Source: a virus (lineage: Duplodnaviria > Caudoviricetes). Taken from it: 64,000 nt of DNA. A program made the translations under genes and the position numbers. Below the pieces are notes generated by a model. That model was given only the letters and a program-made list of their open reading frames with translations, did no database searches and was not told the origin of the DNA. Every line of letters begins with the position of its first letter. Position 1 is the stretch's first letter. Positions 1 to 8,947 of the stretch are shown piece after piece. Location: positions 2,543 to 66,542 of IMG/VR virus record IMGVR_UViG_3300033066_002365, one strand, 5' to 3'.

Positions 1-2
1 GA

Positions 3-176
3 AAAATAGAGTTTGACAACAATGTTGAACCAGATTACGTTCCAGGTAGCGGAAAAACAGCAAGTTTCCATGTTGATGAAGAAAACCCAACCATGGATCC
101 AGATGCTAGACGTATTCATTGGCACGGATATGGAAACCGTGGCGACAAACAAAAAATGGTTCCTACAACTTATTAA
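3..176 (+). CDS. Hypothetical protein, 3' end only (truncated by window start)
   Basis: Open frame from position 3 (KIEFDNNVEP...KMVPTTY) to TAA at 174-176, convergent with the next gene. Read manually; not in the ORF track. Confidence 0.5.
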   Translation, partial: KIEFDNNVEPDYVPGSGKTASFHVDEENPTMDPDARRIHWHGYGNRGDKQKMVPTTY

Positions 177-958
177 TCTTGATTTTTAATCAAGTTGTAA
201 ACCTTTGCCACACGAACTGGTACTTTCGGATCATACTTTGGATTATGAACTGAAGTGTAGTTCACCAGCACTTTATTCAAGTTCGCCATCTTAATCCCAC
301 ACAAAGAACACTTCGCCCACATCCACATATCTTCAGCCATTGGAAACATGTTGTCATAGAGCCCAACAGCTTGTGTTATTGATGTTTCAAACATGACACT
401 TGGGTGTCCAATTGGATTTTGTCCAAAGGAAAGCCATTTTTCCATGTCTTCATGAGAAGTTGGATAGTTGGTTTTGCCGGTTGGTGTAAAGTTATTGTCC
501 GGCAAAACCAGATTCATCTGAGTTCCAAGAACTTTTACGTCCTGGTTTTCATCAAGAAATTTTATTTGGTTTTCAAGTTTTTCTGGCAACCACTCATCAT
601 CATCATCAATTCTTGCTATCCAGTTGCGAGTGTTTCTGTTATAGCTTCCAACAAGCATTGAATTTATAGAATCAGCGTACTTAACTCCTTTGTTTAAACC
701 AGAAACAATACCAGAAATATCTGTTTCAATAATTTTTGTGTGAACAAATTCATCTAAATTGGAACGATCAAGAATTGTTCTTTGTTTTCTTTTTTCAATT
801 TCATCTTGTTCATTCAAACAAACAAACAAAGAAATTAAAACTTCGTGGTTGTTCATAATTGTTTGATTTGCAATAGAAGCAACTGCTCTACGAATCCAAG
901 GAATTTTTGGTCTGTAAGTTGGAAGAACTACAGAAATTTGATGTTTTATTTCGGTCAT
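173..958 (-). CDS. Glycosyltransferase family 2 (GT-A fold)
   Basis: ISVVLPTYRP start, GLNKG, ARIDDDD (DxD), IGHPSVMF and AEDMWMW match GT2 motifs. Confidence 0.9.
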   Translation of the reverse strand: MTEIKHQISVVLPTYRPKIPWIRRAVASIANQTIMNNHEVLISLFVCLNEQDEIEKRKQRTILDRSNLDEFVHTKIIETDISGIVSGLNKGVKYADSINSMLVGSYNRNTRNWIARIDDDDEWLPEKLENQIKFLDENQDVKVLGTQMNLVLPDNNFTPTGKTNYPTSHEDMEKWLSFGQNPIGHPSVMFETSITQAVGLYDNMFPMAEDMWMWAKCSLCGIKMANLNKVLVNYTSVHNPKYDPKVPVRVAKVYNLIKNQD

Positions 959-1926
959 TATTTTGTTTCTTTGAGATATGATTCAAACGTTTGTTTAAGT
1001 TTTTGTTTTCTATTTTTTGGTTTTATGTTTTGAAGAGGTTTTACAACCTCTACAAAAAATGGATCATAATCATTGGCTTCATACTTTGCTGTTTTGACAT
1101 CACCTTGATATCCAGAAACTTCAATCATGAGATTTTTTAGTTCTTCTAGAGAGATTGAGTCACCACAACCAACATCTTCGGTTGAACTAAAAGTTTTTGT
1201 TAAAGCTTTTGCAATTGACTCACAAACATCTCCAACATAAATGTAATCACGAGAAGGATTACCATTAACTCTTAATTCTACTGCCTGGGTGTTGTTTTTA
1301 ATTGCATACGCTAAAATCTTGCTCCAACTTACAACAACTCCATGTTTTTGTCTTTCTCCAAAAACATTAAAAAATCTTAAGCACGAAATTCCGTTCTTGA
1401 AATTTTTACCAGAAAGAACACACATTTTTTCACCAATTTCTTTTTGTAGACCATATTGAGAAATTGGATCCAAAACAACATCTTCAATTGGAAATGAAGG
1501 CCCATTGTTTCCATATACAGCGCAAGAAGAGGCAAACACAAATTTGTTTACTTTTTTTGAAGAGCAAGCGTGCAACAGTTTTTGTGTGTTTAAACAATTG
1601 TTGTAAAAACTAGAAACTGGGTCTTCTTCGCACTGTTTAATGTTTGCTGTTGCGGCAAGATGAACTATGTTTTGATACTTCCCTTCAGAAATATCAAGCA
1701 ACAAATTCGGATCTGTGAAATCTCCAAGAATTAAATTGACTTCTTTAAGATCTCTAATGTTTCTATAATCTCCTGTTGAAAAATTATCAACAACAGTTAT
1801 TTTATACTTGTCTTGTTTTAACAAATAATTGACCAAGTGATGCCCAATAAAACCACCACCGCCAGTTATTAAAATACTTGATTTTTCTTTCATTTTATTG
1901 TTTTTTGAACTGTAGATTGTAGTCAA
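958..1926 (-). CDS. NAD-dependent nucleotide-sugar epimerase/dehydratase (extended SDR)
   Basis: ITGGGGFIG Rossmann motif, HLAA, FASSCAVYG, YGLQK (YxxxK), RFFNVFG. Confidence 0.92.
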   Translation of the reverse strand: MTTIYSSKNNKMKEKSSILITGGGGFIGHHLVNYLLKQDKYKITVVDNFSTGDYRNIRDLKEVNLILGDFTDPNLLLDISEGKYQNIVHLAATANIKQCEEDPVSSFYNNCLNTQKLLHACSSKKVNKFVFASSCAVYGNNGPSFPIEDVVLDPISQYGLQKEIGEKMCVLSGKNFKNGISCLRFFNVFGERQKHGVVVSWSKILAYAIKNNTQAVELRVNGNPSRDYIYVGDVCESIAKALTKTFSSTEDVGCGDSISLEELKNLMIEVSGYQGDVKTAKYEANDYDPFFVEVVKPLQNIKPKNRKQKLKQTFESYLKETK

Positions 1927-2860
1927 TGTGTGGTGAGTGATTTAATATGTTTTGTAATGGAGCAATATCAATCACTTCTCCATTCATGAACTTTTCTTGA
2001 CAAACATCAATTGGCAAAGTAAGAACAAAACGATTTGTCTTAACTTCTTCTTGGACCATGTTTGCTGGTATATTAACAAGAACACTATTGTCTTTGTAGA
2101 AAGCAACAAGTGGTTTTTCATTACCAAAGCACTGCATTGCAAAACTGGCCAAAAATCCTTCTAAACTATTTGGATTTTTGTAGTTTAACGTGGACAAAAG
2201 TGGATAGATGTCATTTGTTCTAAAAACGTTTCCATCTAAAGACATTGGATAACCCCAATCATTTGTGGTATTTTGAGTCCAGTCAACCAAACCAACTTCC
2301 TGATTTTCAAAATAAACTGTGCTGTAGTTTGGAACTGGATGTAATTGATGTGTTGGATAACAAAAATTGATTCCAGGATAAAGTCTCAAAGATGCAGTCA
2401 AAACTTTGTTTGAAGTTTTTAACGCTTTAAAAACTCCATCTTTTTCAAATGAAAACTTTTTCTTGAAAAGAATATCATCAACAAGAAACATTGTCATTTC
2501 TTGTTGAAGGTCCAAACAGGAAAGAAGCAAAATTCCAAAGTTATCGGTTGGTTGCTGTGGAATCCATTTTATATTTTTTTTATTCTTCAAAGAGAATTGA
2601 AGTTTTCTGTATCCTTGCCACATGTCACCATCAAAAGCAAAGATAACAGAAATTTTATGCTGGGAAAGATCGTCTTCACAATTTTCATAAAAAGATCTTA
2701 ACAGAGCCTCCAATTGTGCTGCTCTATTTTTACTAAAAATTACTATGTTCACAACTTTATCCAATCTTTCATTATTTTCGGGTGATATTCTTTGCCCAAA
2801 GTTATTCCAAGTGTTTGAATAGAATTTGAATCCCATGGTTTGTGAAACACATGGCCACAA
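1895..2860 (-). CDS. Putative glycosyltransferase (GT-A-like)
   Basis: VNIVIFSKNRAAQLEALLRS N-terminal strand-helix and MFLVDD acidic motif; lies in the GT operon. The true start may be downstream of the annotated one. Confidence 0.65.
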   Translation of the reverse strand: MWPCVSQTMGFKFYSNTWNNFGQRISPENNERLDKVVNIVIFSKNRAAQLEALLRSFYENCEDDLSQHKISVIFAFDGDMWQGYRKLQFSLKNKKNIKWIPQQPTDNFGILLLSCLDLQQEMTMFLVDDILFKKKFSFEKDGVFKALKTSNKVLTASLRLYPGINFCYPTHQLHPVPNYSTVYFENQEVGLVDWTQNTTNDWGYPMSLDGNVFRTNDIYPLLSTLNYKNPNSLEGFLASFAMQCFGNEKPLVAFYKDNSVLVNIPANMVQEEVKTNRFVLTLPIDVCQEKFMNGEVIDIAPLQNILNHSPHIDYNLQFKKQ

Positions 2861-3798
2861 GACAAACTTTCTAAAGCATCAGCTTTGGCGATAATCATTT
2901 CATCTGTAACGTGTTCCCAGCTTAAGTCAGGGAAAAATGGATTTGTATTTCTTGTTTCGTTGTAAAGACTCGGCCAGAAATCAGACCAAAACTCTCTGTA
3001 CTGTTTAATTTTTCTTTCAATATTAAACCAACTGTAGTGGTATATTGTTGGAAGTTCTTCAATTTTTTGTTTATAAACTTTTGAAAACAACTTTAAAGCT
3101 TTTTCATTATAAACAGCATTGTTTTGCAAGATCAATTCTTGCTGCGACATAAACCCAAAACAAGTAACAATTTCTCCTGAGTTTCTTGTCACATAATCGC
3201 AACCATCTGTTCCTGGTTTTGCATAAAGTAAACCAGAATTATCAAAAGTCCTGAGATGGTGTGGTACTCCGTGTGTTATGTTTGGGTGATTATTAGAAAC
3301 TCTCCATTTCCAGAAGTTGACATCTATTCTAACTTTTCCATCAGAGCCCCACCATTCAACAACTGGAAGTGCAGCAAGAAAAATAGTTGGATCATTAAAA
3401 TCTTTTAAATAATTTTTCCAAAGATCAACTTGAGATTCATGTACAACTTCATCAAGATCAAACTGAACCAATATCTCTCCAGAGCAACGTTGCCTTGACG
3501 AAGCTTTGCTTAAACCATCTAAAACTCCATGATTAGGAGTTTTCCAATCCCAATCTTCATGGAATACTTTTATCTTAGGATTTTCTTTGGAGAAAGAATG
3601 TAGTTTTTCTAAAGTGTTGTCATTTCCATCTGAAGTGTCAAAAACAACAACTTCATCAACAATGGATGACATTGAAGTCAAGGATTCCCAGACAGGAAAA
3701 TCCATTTTTAAAATATTTCTACTTGTCGTATAACCGGAAGTTTTCAACTGTTTATCATTCTTCTTCACTGTTGTCATTAGAAGAAACTTCCAATCCAT
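2749..3798 (-). CDS. Putative glycosyltransferase family 2
   Basis: SGYTTSRN, IVDEVVVFD..SD...DNTLEKL and QFDLDE (DxD) follow the GT2 pattern. Confidence 0.75.
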   Translation of the reverse strand: MDWKFLLMTTVKKNDKQLKTSGYTTSRNILKMDFPVWESLTSMSSIVDEVVVFDTSDGNDNTLEKLHSFSKENPKIKVFHEDWDWKTPNHGVLDGLSKASSRQRCSGEILVQFDLDEVVHESQVDLWKNYLKDFNDPTIFLAALPVVEWWGSDGKVRIDVNFWKWRVSNNHPNITHGVPHHLRTFDNSGLLYAKPGTDGCDYVTRNSGEIVTCFGFMSQQELILQNNAVYNEKALKLFSKVYKQKIEELPTIYHYSWFNIERKIKQYREFWSDFWPSLYNETRNTNPFFPDLSWEHVTDEMIIAKADALESLSCGHVFHKPWDSNSIQTLGITLGKEYHPKIMKDWIKL

Positions 3799-3922
3799 TC
3801 TTATCTTCTAAATCATCATTCATTTCTTGTTCTTGAGAAAGAAAGGTTGATAAATTGATTAACCAAGCTTCTATCACTTCTATTCTTTTTTCTAAGATTT
3901 TTATCTTTTTCTTATTTTTCAT
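3755..3922 (-). CDS. Small hypothetical protein (55 aa, basic N-terminus, acidic C-terminus)
   Basis: Read manually: MKNKKKIKILEKRIEVIEAW...NDNSEEE, TGA at 3755-3757. Fills the gap between flanking same-strand genes. Confidence 0.4.
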   Translation of the reverse strand: MKNKKKIKILEKRIEVIEAWLINLSTFLSQEQEMNDDLEDKNGLEVSSNDNSEEE

Positions 3923-3969
3923 TTTTTATCCTATTAAACAGTAACATTAAATCTTTTAACTTTATCATA

Positions 3970-4839
3970 TTAAGGACAATAGGTAGTTCCTTTGTATTCG
4001 CAATAGGTGCAACTATTTCTGTTTTTTTGATAAAGTTTCTTCTTGAAAGATCCAAGCATATTTCCAAGATTATCAAGAGCGTTTTGAATTGATTTTTCTC
4101 CAACTGAAACTGGAACCAACTCACATCTCTCTGTTGATTTTTTACTTGGTGTTCTTTTCAACAAAACAAAACCACAACGAATATCCTTTATATCAATTGA
4201 AAATTTCTTTGAAAAGAAGTGTTTATAGAATGCAAGTTGCATTGTTTTCTTTGGGTCTGTTTTCTTTTTCATGTCCCAACCCCAAGCACATGTTTTCCAA
4301 TCTAAAATCCAATATTCAAATTCATCTGGTTTTGCTCTTTTGAGTCTAGATGATTTTGGAACCTTGATGATACCATCAATAAAACCTTTAAAATATCGGT
4401 CTTCTTGAACACCAGCTTCTTCATACAAAGATTGTTCTGAAGCTACAAATTCCCAACCTTTAAACTTTTCATCTAAGAAAATTGGAACTTCTTTTAAAAT
4501 TGGATCAATCACATCATGAAAATCTTTACGTTCTACTTCTATGCCAAGTTTGTCAATTGCTTCTTGAAATTTAACTACAACTTCTTCTGAGGGGGGCATT
4601 GCTTTAGTTTTCAAGAACGTATCCAAAGCAGCATGGACTTCATGACCAAATTCTGTGTGTTCAGAACCTTTTGATAAGTTAATTAAATCTTTATATTTGA
4701 GCTTATGTTTCCAAGAACAATCAATCCAGGTTATCAACTCAGAATATGATGTGTGTTTTTTTTCTATGATTGGTAATTTTTCTATATTATTTTCATTGAT
4801 TACTTTCAAGTGAAAATTTTCATTTTTTATTTCATTCAT
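3970..4839 (-). CDS. Cas4/AddB-like PD-(D/E)XK exonuclease with probable Fe-S cysteines
   Basis: SYSEL..WIDCSWKH, GHEVH, GFIDG, ILDWKT, QLAFY and C-terminal CTYCEY....YCP give the 1+3 Cys pattern. Confidence 0.85.
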   Translation of the reverse strand: MNEIKNENFHLKVINENNIEKLPIIEKKHTSYSELITWIDCSWKHKLKYKDLINLSKGSEHTEFGHEVHAALDTFLKTKAMPPSEEVVVKFQEAIDKLGIEVERKDFHDVIDPILKEVPIFLDEKFKGWEFVASEQSLYEEAGVQEDRYFKGFIDGIIKVPKSSRLKRAKPDEFEYWILDWKTCAWGWDMKKKTDPKKTMQLAFYKHFFSKKFSIDIKDIRCGFVLLKRTPSKKSTERCELVPVSVGEKSIQNALDNLGNMLGSFKKKLYQKNRNSCTYCEYKGTTYCP

Positions 4840-4864
4840 TGTTTATTGAATCTTTTCATTTTTA

Positions 4865-5794
4865 TTATGAGATTAAAGAAAAACAATTGTTTTTCCAAAA
4901 CTCTTCTGGTCTAGTTTTTAGATAATTGATTGTGAAATTTAAATCATCTGTTTTAAACCACTCTTCTTCTTTGTGAAGAACATTATCATTTAACAATAGA
5001 TTTAATCCCAATAACTTTGCTTCAATTACTACTCTTGGACAAGTATCGTAATCAAGAGGAAAAAATGCAAAAGATTTGTAACAAGAAAGTTTAGTTAAAA
5101 AACTTTTGTAATCACGATCTTGCACTGTCTCAAAAGCAACCCCACGTTCTCTAAGATAATTTGCAGTTTCCTCAATTCCTTTTATCCAACTCCCTCCTCC
5201 CAGCATTGCAGCAACATCTCTTTTCAAAACTGCACTTTTTTCTCTCAAACTTGACAAATATTCAAGTGTTTCATTTGAAAACACTGAAGACAAGATGAAG
5301 TTGTTTTGATTTTCAAGGGACATTTTTTCGTGTACTATTTGTTTTTGTTTTTCACTCATCCAAACCAAAATGTTTGCTTGATTGAAAAACTCCTTTAAAA
5401 GTTCATTTGTACAATTACATAAAATCCCAGTTTCAATAAAATGTCGTTTTTCAGATCTAAACTTACAATATTTGAAATCGTATTCTATGATTCCATAAGC
5501 AACTTTTAAATCAATTATGGTTTTAATAGAATTTTCACAAAGTAGCGTAAAATTTCCAAAGATAAAAAATTTATCTTTGTTTTTTTGAATCATTTTAGGA
5601 GTTAAAGAAGTGGAGTGAATTTTTGCAATACTGCTAACAAAAGGACTTCTTTCTATTAGACTTTCTGTGGTAAGTTCTGCACCACCAGAAATATCTTTAA
5701 CAAAGAAATCGCATACAAAAACAATTTTAGATTTTGTTGGAATGAATAGTTCGGTTGGAATGTTAGAAAAACAATTTTGGAGTATTTGATTCAT
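4865..5794 (-). CDS. Putative GT-B (GT4-like) glycosyltransferase
   Basis: IVFVCDF....SGGAELT N-terminal motif; C-terminal DTCPRVVIEAKLLG resembles the GT4 E-x7-E region. Confidence 0.7.
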   Translation of the reverse strand: MNQILQNCFSNIPTELFIPTKSKIVFVCDFFVKDISGGAELTTESLIERSPFVSSIAKIHSTSLTPKMIQKNKDKFFIFGNFTLLCENSIKTIIDLKVAYGIIEYDFKYCKFRSEKRHFIETGILCNCTNELLKEFFNQANILVWMSEKQKQIVHEKMSLENQNNFILSSVFSNETLEYLSSLREKSAVLKRDVAAMLGGGSWIKGIEETANYLRERGVAFETVQDRDYKSFLTKLSCYKSFAFFPLDYDTCPRVVIEAKLLGLNLLLNDNVLHKEEEWFKTDDLNFTINYLKTRPEEFWKNNCFSLIS

Positions 5795-5835
5795 ACTCCT
5801 ATTTTGTCTTAGGAGTTATTCTGGTATAAAATAAA

Positions 5836-6021
5836 TTAACCAGACATTCCAGTTACAGTTGCAATTAAAACTGCGGTTGGAGGAATGGAGTTTTTAATGG
5901 TTGTAGAAATGATGTTGCCGTTATATTTGTAATAATAGGTTACAACACTGCTCAAAGCCCATTGACCAGCCGAAACTCTGGGATACACTAAAGAATATGT
6001 TGGTGCTGAAACGCTTATCAT
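5836..6021 (-). CDS. Small hypothetical protein
   Basis: 61-aa ORF abutting the upstream same-strand gene (1-nt gap). Confidence 0.45.
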   Translation of the reverse strand: MISVSAPTYSLVYPRVSAGQWALSSVVTYYYKYNGNIISTTIKNSIPPTAVLIATVTGMSG

Positions 6022-6022
6022 A

Positions 6023-6931
6023 TTAACTTGTTAAAGCTACTCCATCATTAGCAACAGTAATACCGCCAAAAGCAGCACGATTTAAAACTGCTCCGCTATC
6101 AATACCAACAATAGGATTGCGATAAGGTTGTAAAGCTCTAAAAATAGAAGAAACACCGTATATGACAGGAACAGAATTAGTCCATCTTACTTCATACTCA
6201 ATATCTTGCCCTGTTGGATCAGCAGTGCTATTGCCATTAACGCCACCAGGATTATCCATAACATTATTAGTTTTAAAACTTGCTCCGCTTAATCCTTTTG
6301 CATACCAACCTTGAACGTTTGCCATTATCGTATATGTTACTGTGTTGTTATTGTTAAATGCGGCTGCGCCCATGGCTGGGTCAGGATTTGCAGTCCATGG
6401 TCCAGGAGTATAGATGTCTAAAAATACTGCAAAACAACCATCGGTGTTGCCGCCAACGTTGGGCGTTCTACGACCCCAACAAGCAAAAGATCCGGTTACA
6501 TTGTTTACAACAGTATGAAGTTTAGTTGCCGTAACTCCAGAAGAAGGATAAATTTGTGCAGAATTAAGCCAAATTTTTGTTAGCGTAGCATCGCGATCTG
6601 GTGTGGTGCCATTTCCTCCAGCCATAGTTCCATCTGCCGTTGTATATTCAACAAGCCAAGTATTTGCAGCAGTTCTTTTGAGTGTAATCCATCTTCCATT
6701 TGTAGAAAATCTAACAACCCAATAACTGTTTGTTGCACTTAGGTCTGAAGCTGAAGCTGGGCCAGCACCAGCAACTCTTGTGGTGCCGTTGGACCAGGAA
6801 GAAGCTACATAACCATTGCTGGTCAATCTCAGCCATATTTCATATGCCGCATCTGCATCGGTTGAACAAGAAATATCTCTATAAACATTAACAGCCATAA
6901 TTCTAACTATAAACAACCGTTGCATTTCCAA
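6023..6931 (-). CDS. Probable virion/tail-associated beta-rich protein
   Basis: Rich in Gly, Thr, Asn, Ala and Trp; co-transcribed with fibre-like genes; no catalytic motif. Confidence 0.5.
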   Translation of the reverse strand: MEMQRLFIVRIMAVNVYRDISCSTDADAAYEIWLRLTSNGYVASSWSNGTTRVAGAGPASASDLSATNSYWVVRFSTNGRWITLKRTAANTWLVEYTTADGTMAGGNGTTPDRDATLTKIWLNSAQIYPSSGVTATKLHTVVNNVTGSFACWGRRTPNVGGNTDGCFAVFLDIYTPGPWTANPDPAMGAAAFNNNNTVTYTIMANVQGWYAKGLSGASFKTNNVMDNPGGVNGNSTADPTGQDIEYEVRWTNSVPVIYGVSSIFRALQPYRNPIVGIDSGAVLNRAAFGGITVANDGVALTS

Positions 6932-8261
6932 GTATTGTTGGAGTCAATGAACTTGAAGAATACATTTCAATTTGGTATACAGAACTTCCAGTAGACCAAT
7001 TTGTCGCACTTGAAAGATTCACTGATTCTATTTTTGTAGGAGTTGTTAAAGATGAAGAAAGAACAAAATTTGTTGATCCTCCTATTCCAACATATGAACC
7101 AGACGTAATGTTGTAAAGTTTTACATAAGCAAAATTTGAAGCTGTTACGGTACTTAAAATTGTTCTTAAAACAATAGAGCTTGTTGGAACTTCTGAAGGA
7201 ACAAAAGCAAATTGTCCAATGGCAACAGACGAAGTCATTATTGTTGTGTTGTAACTTGCAATAGTATGATAAACAATTCTGGCTGATCCACTTATATTTA
7301 TTGTTCCACCAACATCGTTTATTGTAATGTTTGGGCCGCCAACAAAGCTCAACGAACTGCTAACTGCAATAGCTCCGTTTGATTGAGTAGTAATCAAAGT
7401 GTAGTTTCCCGGAACAAAAGCAGGTGATCCATCCAGTAATCTTTGAATGGAACCAGAAATACCAGAATGAGCTTTTATTGTTCCTGAAACATTTAATCTT
7501 CCTTGAAAAACTGAAGTATTTGCTTCACTTCCAGAAACAAAAAAGTAAACATCGCTTCCAATTTGATTTGAATATCTTCCGCTTGTGTCAATGGAAATTG
7601 AACTTGTAGTTTTGGCATATGCTGCACTAACAGTAAAAATAGAACTAGAAAGAGACGAAATGACAATTGCTCCATTTGTTCCGCTTACAAAATTAATATT
7701 GTTTCCGGCTGTCAATCTACTGGAAATTATTAATTTATCTACTCCATTGTTAAACAATTCAATTCCAATACCACTTGCAATCAGTCTTGAGTTTGCAAGT
7801 GAAGCAGTTGCGGAAGTTAAAAGATAGTTTGCATTTGGATCTGCACCTGTACTTGACCCAGATATTGCTACTGCTCCATTTGGAATAAAATTTACTGTTA
7901 TGTTTGGACCGCCAACAAATGCCGGTGTTATGCCATCTGACAAATATTGATGAGATCCCGAAAATCCACCAAGAGAAGTTAAAGAAGAACTAAACTTTGT
8001 TTTTCCACCAAAAGAAACAACTTTTGTATTTGATCCATAAAAATGAACATATACATCTGAACCAAGACTGGAAGTAGAAAAACCCAACACAGGATTTTGA
8101 TTTATATTTCCTTGATTTGGAGGAGTTCCATCAACTTCAACAGGATAAATTAATAATCTGTTTGGAACAGCATCTTCTGTTGAAGAAGAAACAATCAACT
8201 TCCCAGTTTTTACTTGTTGCGCTCTAAAATCATATGAAGACATGTTAGAGTTAAATAACAA
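6903..8261 (-). CDS. Tail fibre/spike-like Ser-Gly-rich protein with internal repeats
   Basis: Repeats GSDVY, SGS...L.DG..PAFV, and FVGGPNIT twice; very Ser-rich. Confidence 0.55.
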   Translation of the reverse strand: MLFNSNMSSYDFRAQQVKTGKLIVSSSTEDAVPNRLLIYPVEVDGTPPNQGNINQNPVLGFSTSSLGSDVYVHFYGSNTKVVSFGGKTKFSSSLTSLGGFSGSHQYLSDGITPAFVGGPNITVNFIPNGAVAISGSSTGADPNANYLLTSATASLANSRLIASGIGIELFNNGVDKLIISSRLTAGNNINFVSGTNGAIVISSLSSSIFTVSAAYAKTTSSISIDTSGRYSNQIGSDVYFFVSGSEANTSVFQGRLNVSGTIKAHSGISGSIQRLLDGSPAFVPGNYTLITTQSNGAIAVSSSLSFVGGPNITINDVGGTINISGSARIVYHTIASYNTTIMTSSVAIGQFAFVPSEVPTSSIVLRTILSTVTASNFAYVKLYNITSGSYVGIGGSTNFVLSSSLTTPTKIESVNLSSATNWSTGSSVYQIEMYSSSSLTPTILGNATVVYS

Positions 8262-8264
8262 CTT

Positions 8265-8924
8265 TTACATAAATGCTATCAAATTTATTGAACTTGATGT
8301 TATTGGAGCAGAGAAAGAAGAAGTGAGTTGATTGCTGCCAGAAGAGATGTTGGTAAGATAAACGTCAACCTCATTCGTTCCAAACATGGTTGTAAAAACT
8401 GAAGTTGGAGTTGCGGACAATGCGGGAAAAGTAAAAGAAAACTCTGGTTGATAAAAATTTGAAACAAAGGAAGAAGTTGCAGTACACCAAATTGCGGTAG
8501 ATCCACTATTGACAAGAGTCGGATAAGAGTTGGCATAAACTGCTTTTATCCTAACAAAACCAAGAATAGGAGCAGACAAACCAACATCAACACTCGTTTC
8601 ACTGATGCTGGTAATGTAAGGAATAACGTTGTTTTCTTGAGAATTGTCAACACTGGCAACCACAATCGGAATGCCGCCAAAAGGTTCTGCAAATGAGAAA
8701 GATTTTAATGTTTCTCCAAGAGTAAAACTTAGTAAAAACTCTTCATAGACACCATAAACTAAAACATTTTCTTCATTGTTTCTATGAAAAAAACCAAAAG
8801 AATACTGTTTTTGATATTTGGCAGAATCAACATTACCAGCGTCCACAAATTGTTTTATCTGTGGACGTTGTTTGTGAGTTGGATAAATTTTTCTTACAGA
8901 TCCGTTGCGAGGGTTTAAAGACAT
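8265..8924 (-). CDS. Probable structural protein with two related beta modules
   Basis: FSFAEPF..IPIVVAS...YITSIS...LSAP and FSFTFP...TPTSVFTT...YLTNIS...FSAP are two similar modules of the kind found at fibre tips. Confidence 0.45.
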   Translation of the reverse strand: MSLNPRNGSVRKIYPTHKQRPQIKQFVDAGNVDSAKYQKQYSFGFFHRNNEENVLVYGVYEEFLLSFTLGETLKSFSFAEPFGGIPIVVASVDNSQENNVIPYITSISETSVDVGLSAPILGFVRIKAVYANSYPTLVNSGSTAIWCTATSSFVSNFYQPEFSFTFPALSATPTSVFTTMFGTNEVDVYLTNISSGSNQLTSSFSAPITSSSINLIAFM

Positions 8925-8947
8925 TTAATTGTCTTTAAATAGGAATG

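Noticed and set aside
3970-4839. CRISPR-Cas locus
   Set aside because: No repeat-spacer array and no cas1, cas2 or effector genes were seen.
5227-5238. Fifth copy of the TGCA element (AAACTGCACTTT)
   Set aside because: A partial match inside a GT gene, antisense to it and lacking the C-rich tract; likely chance.
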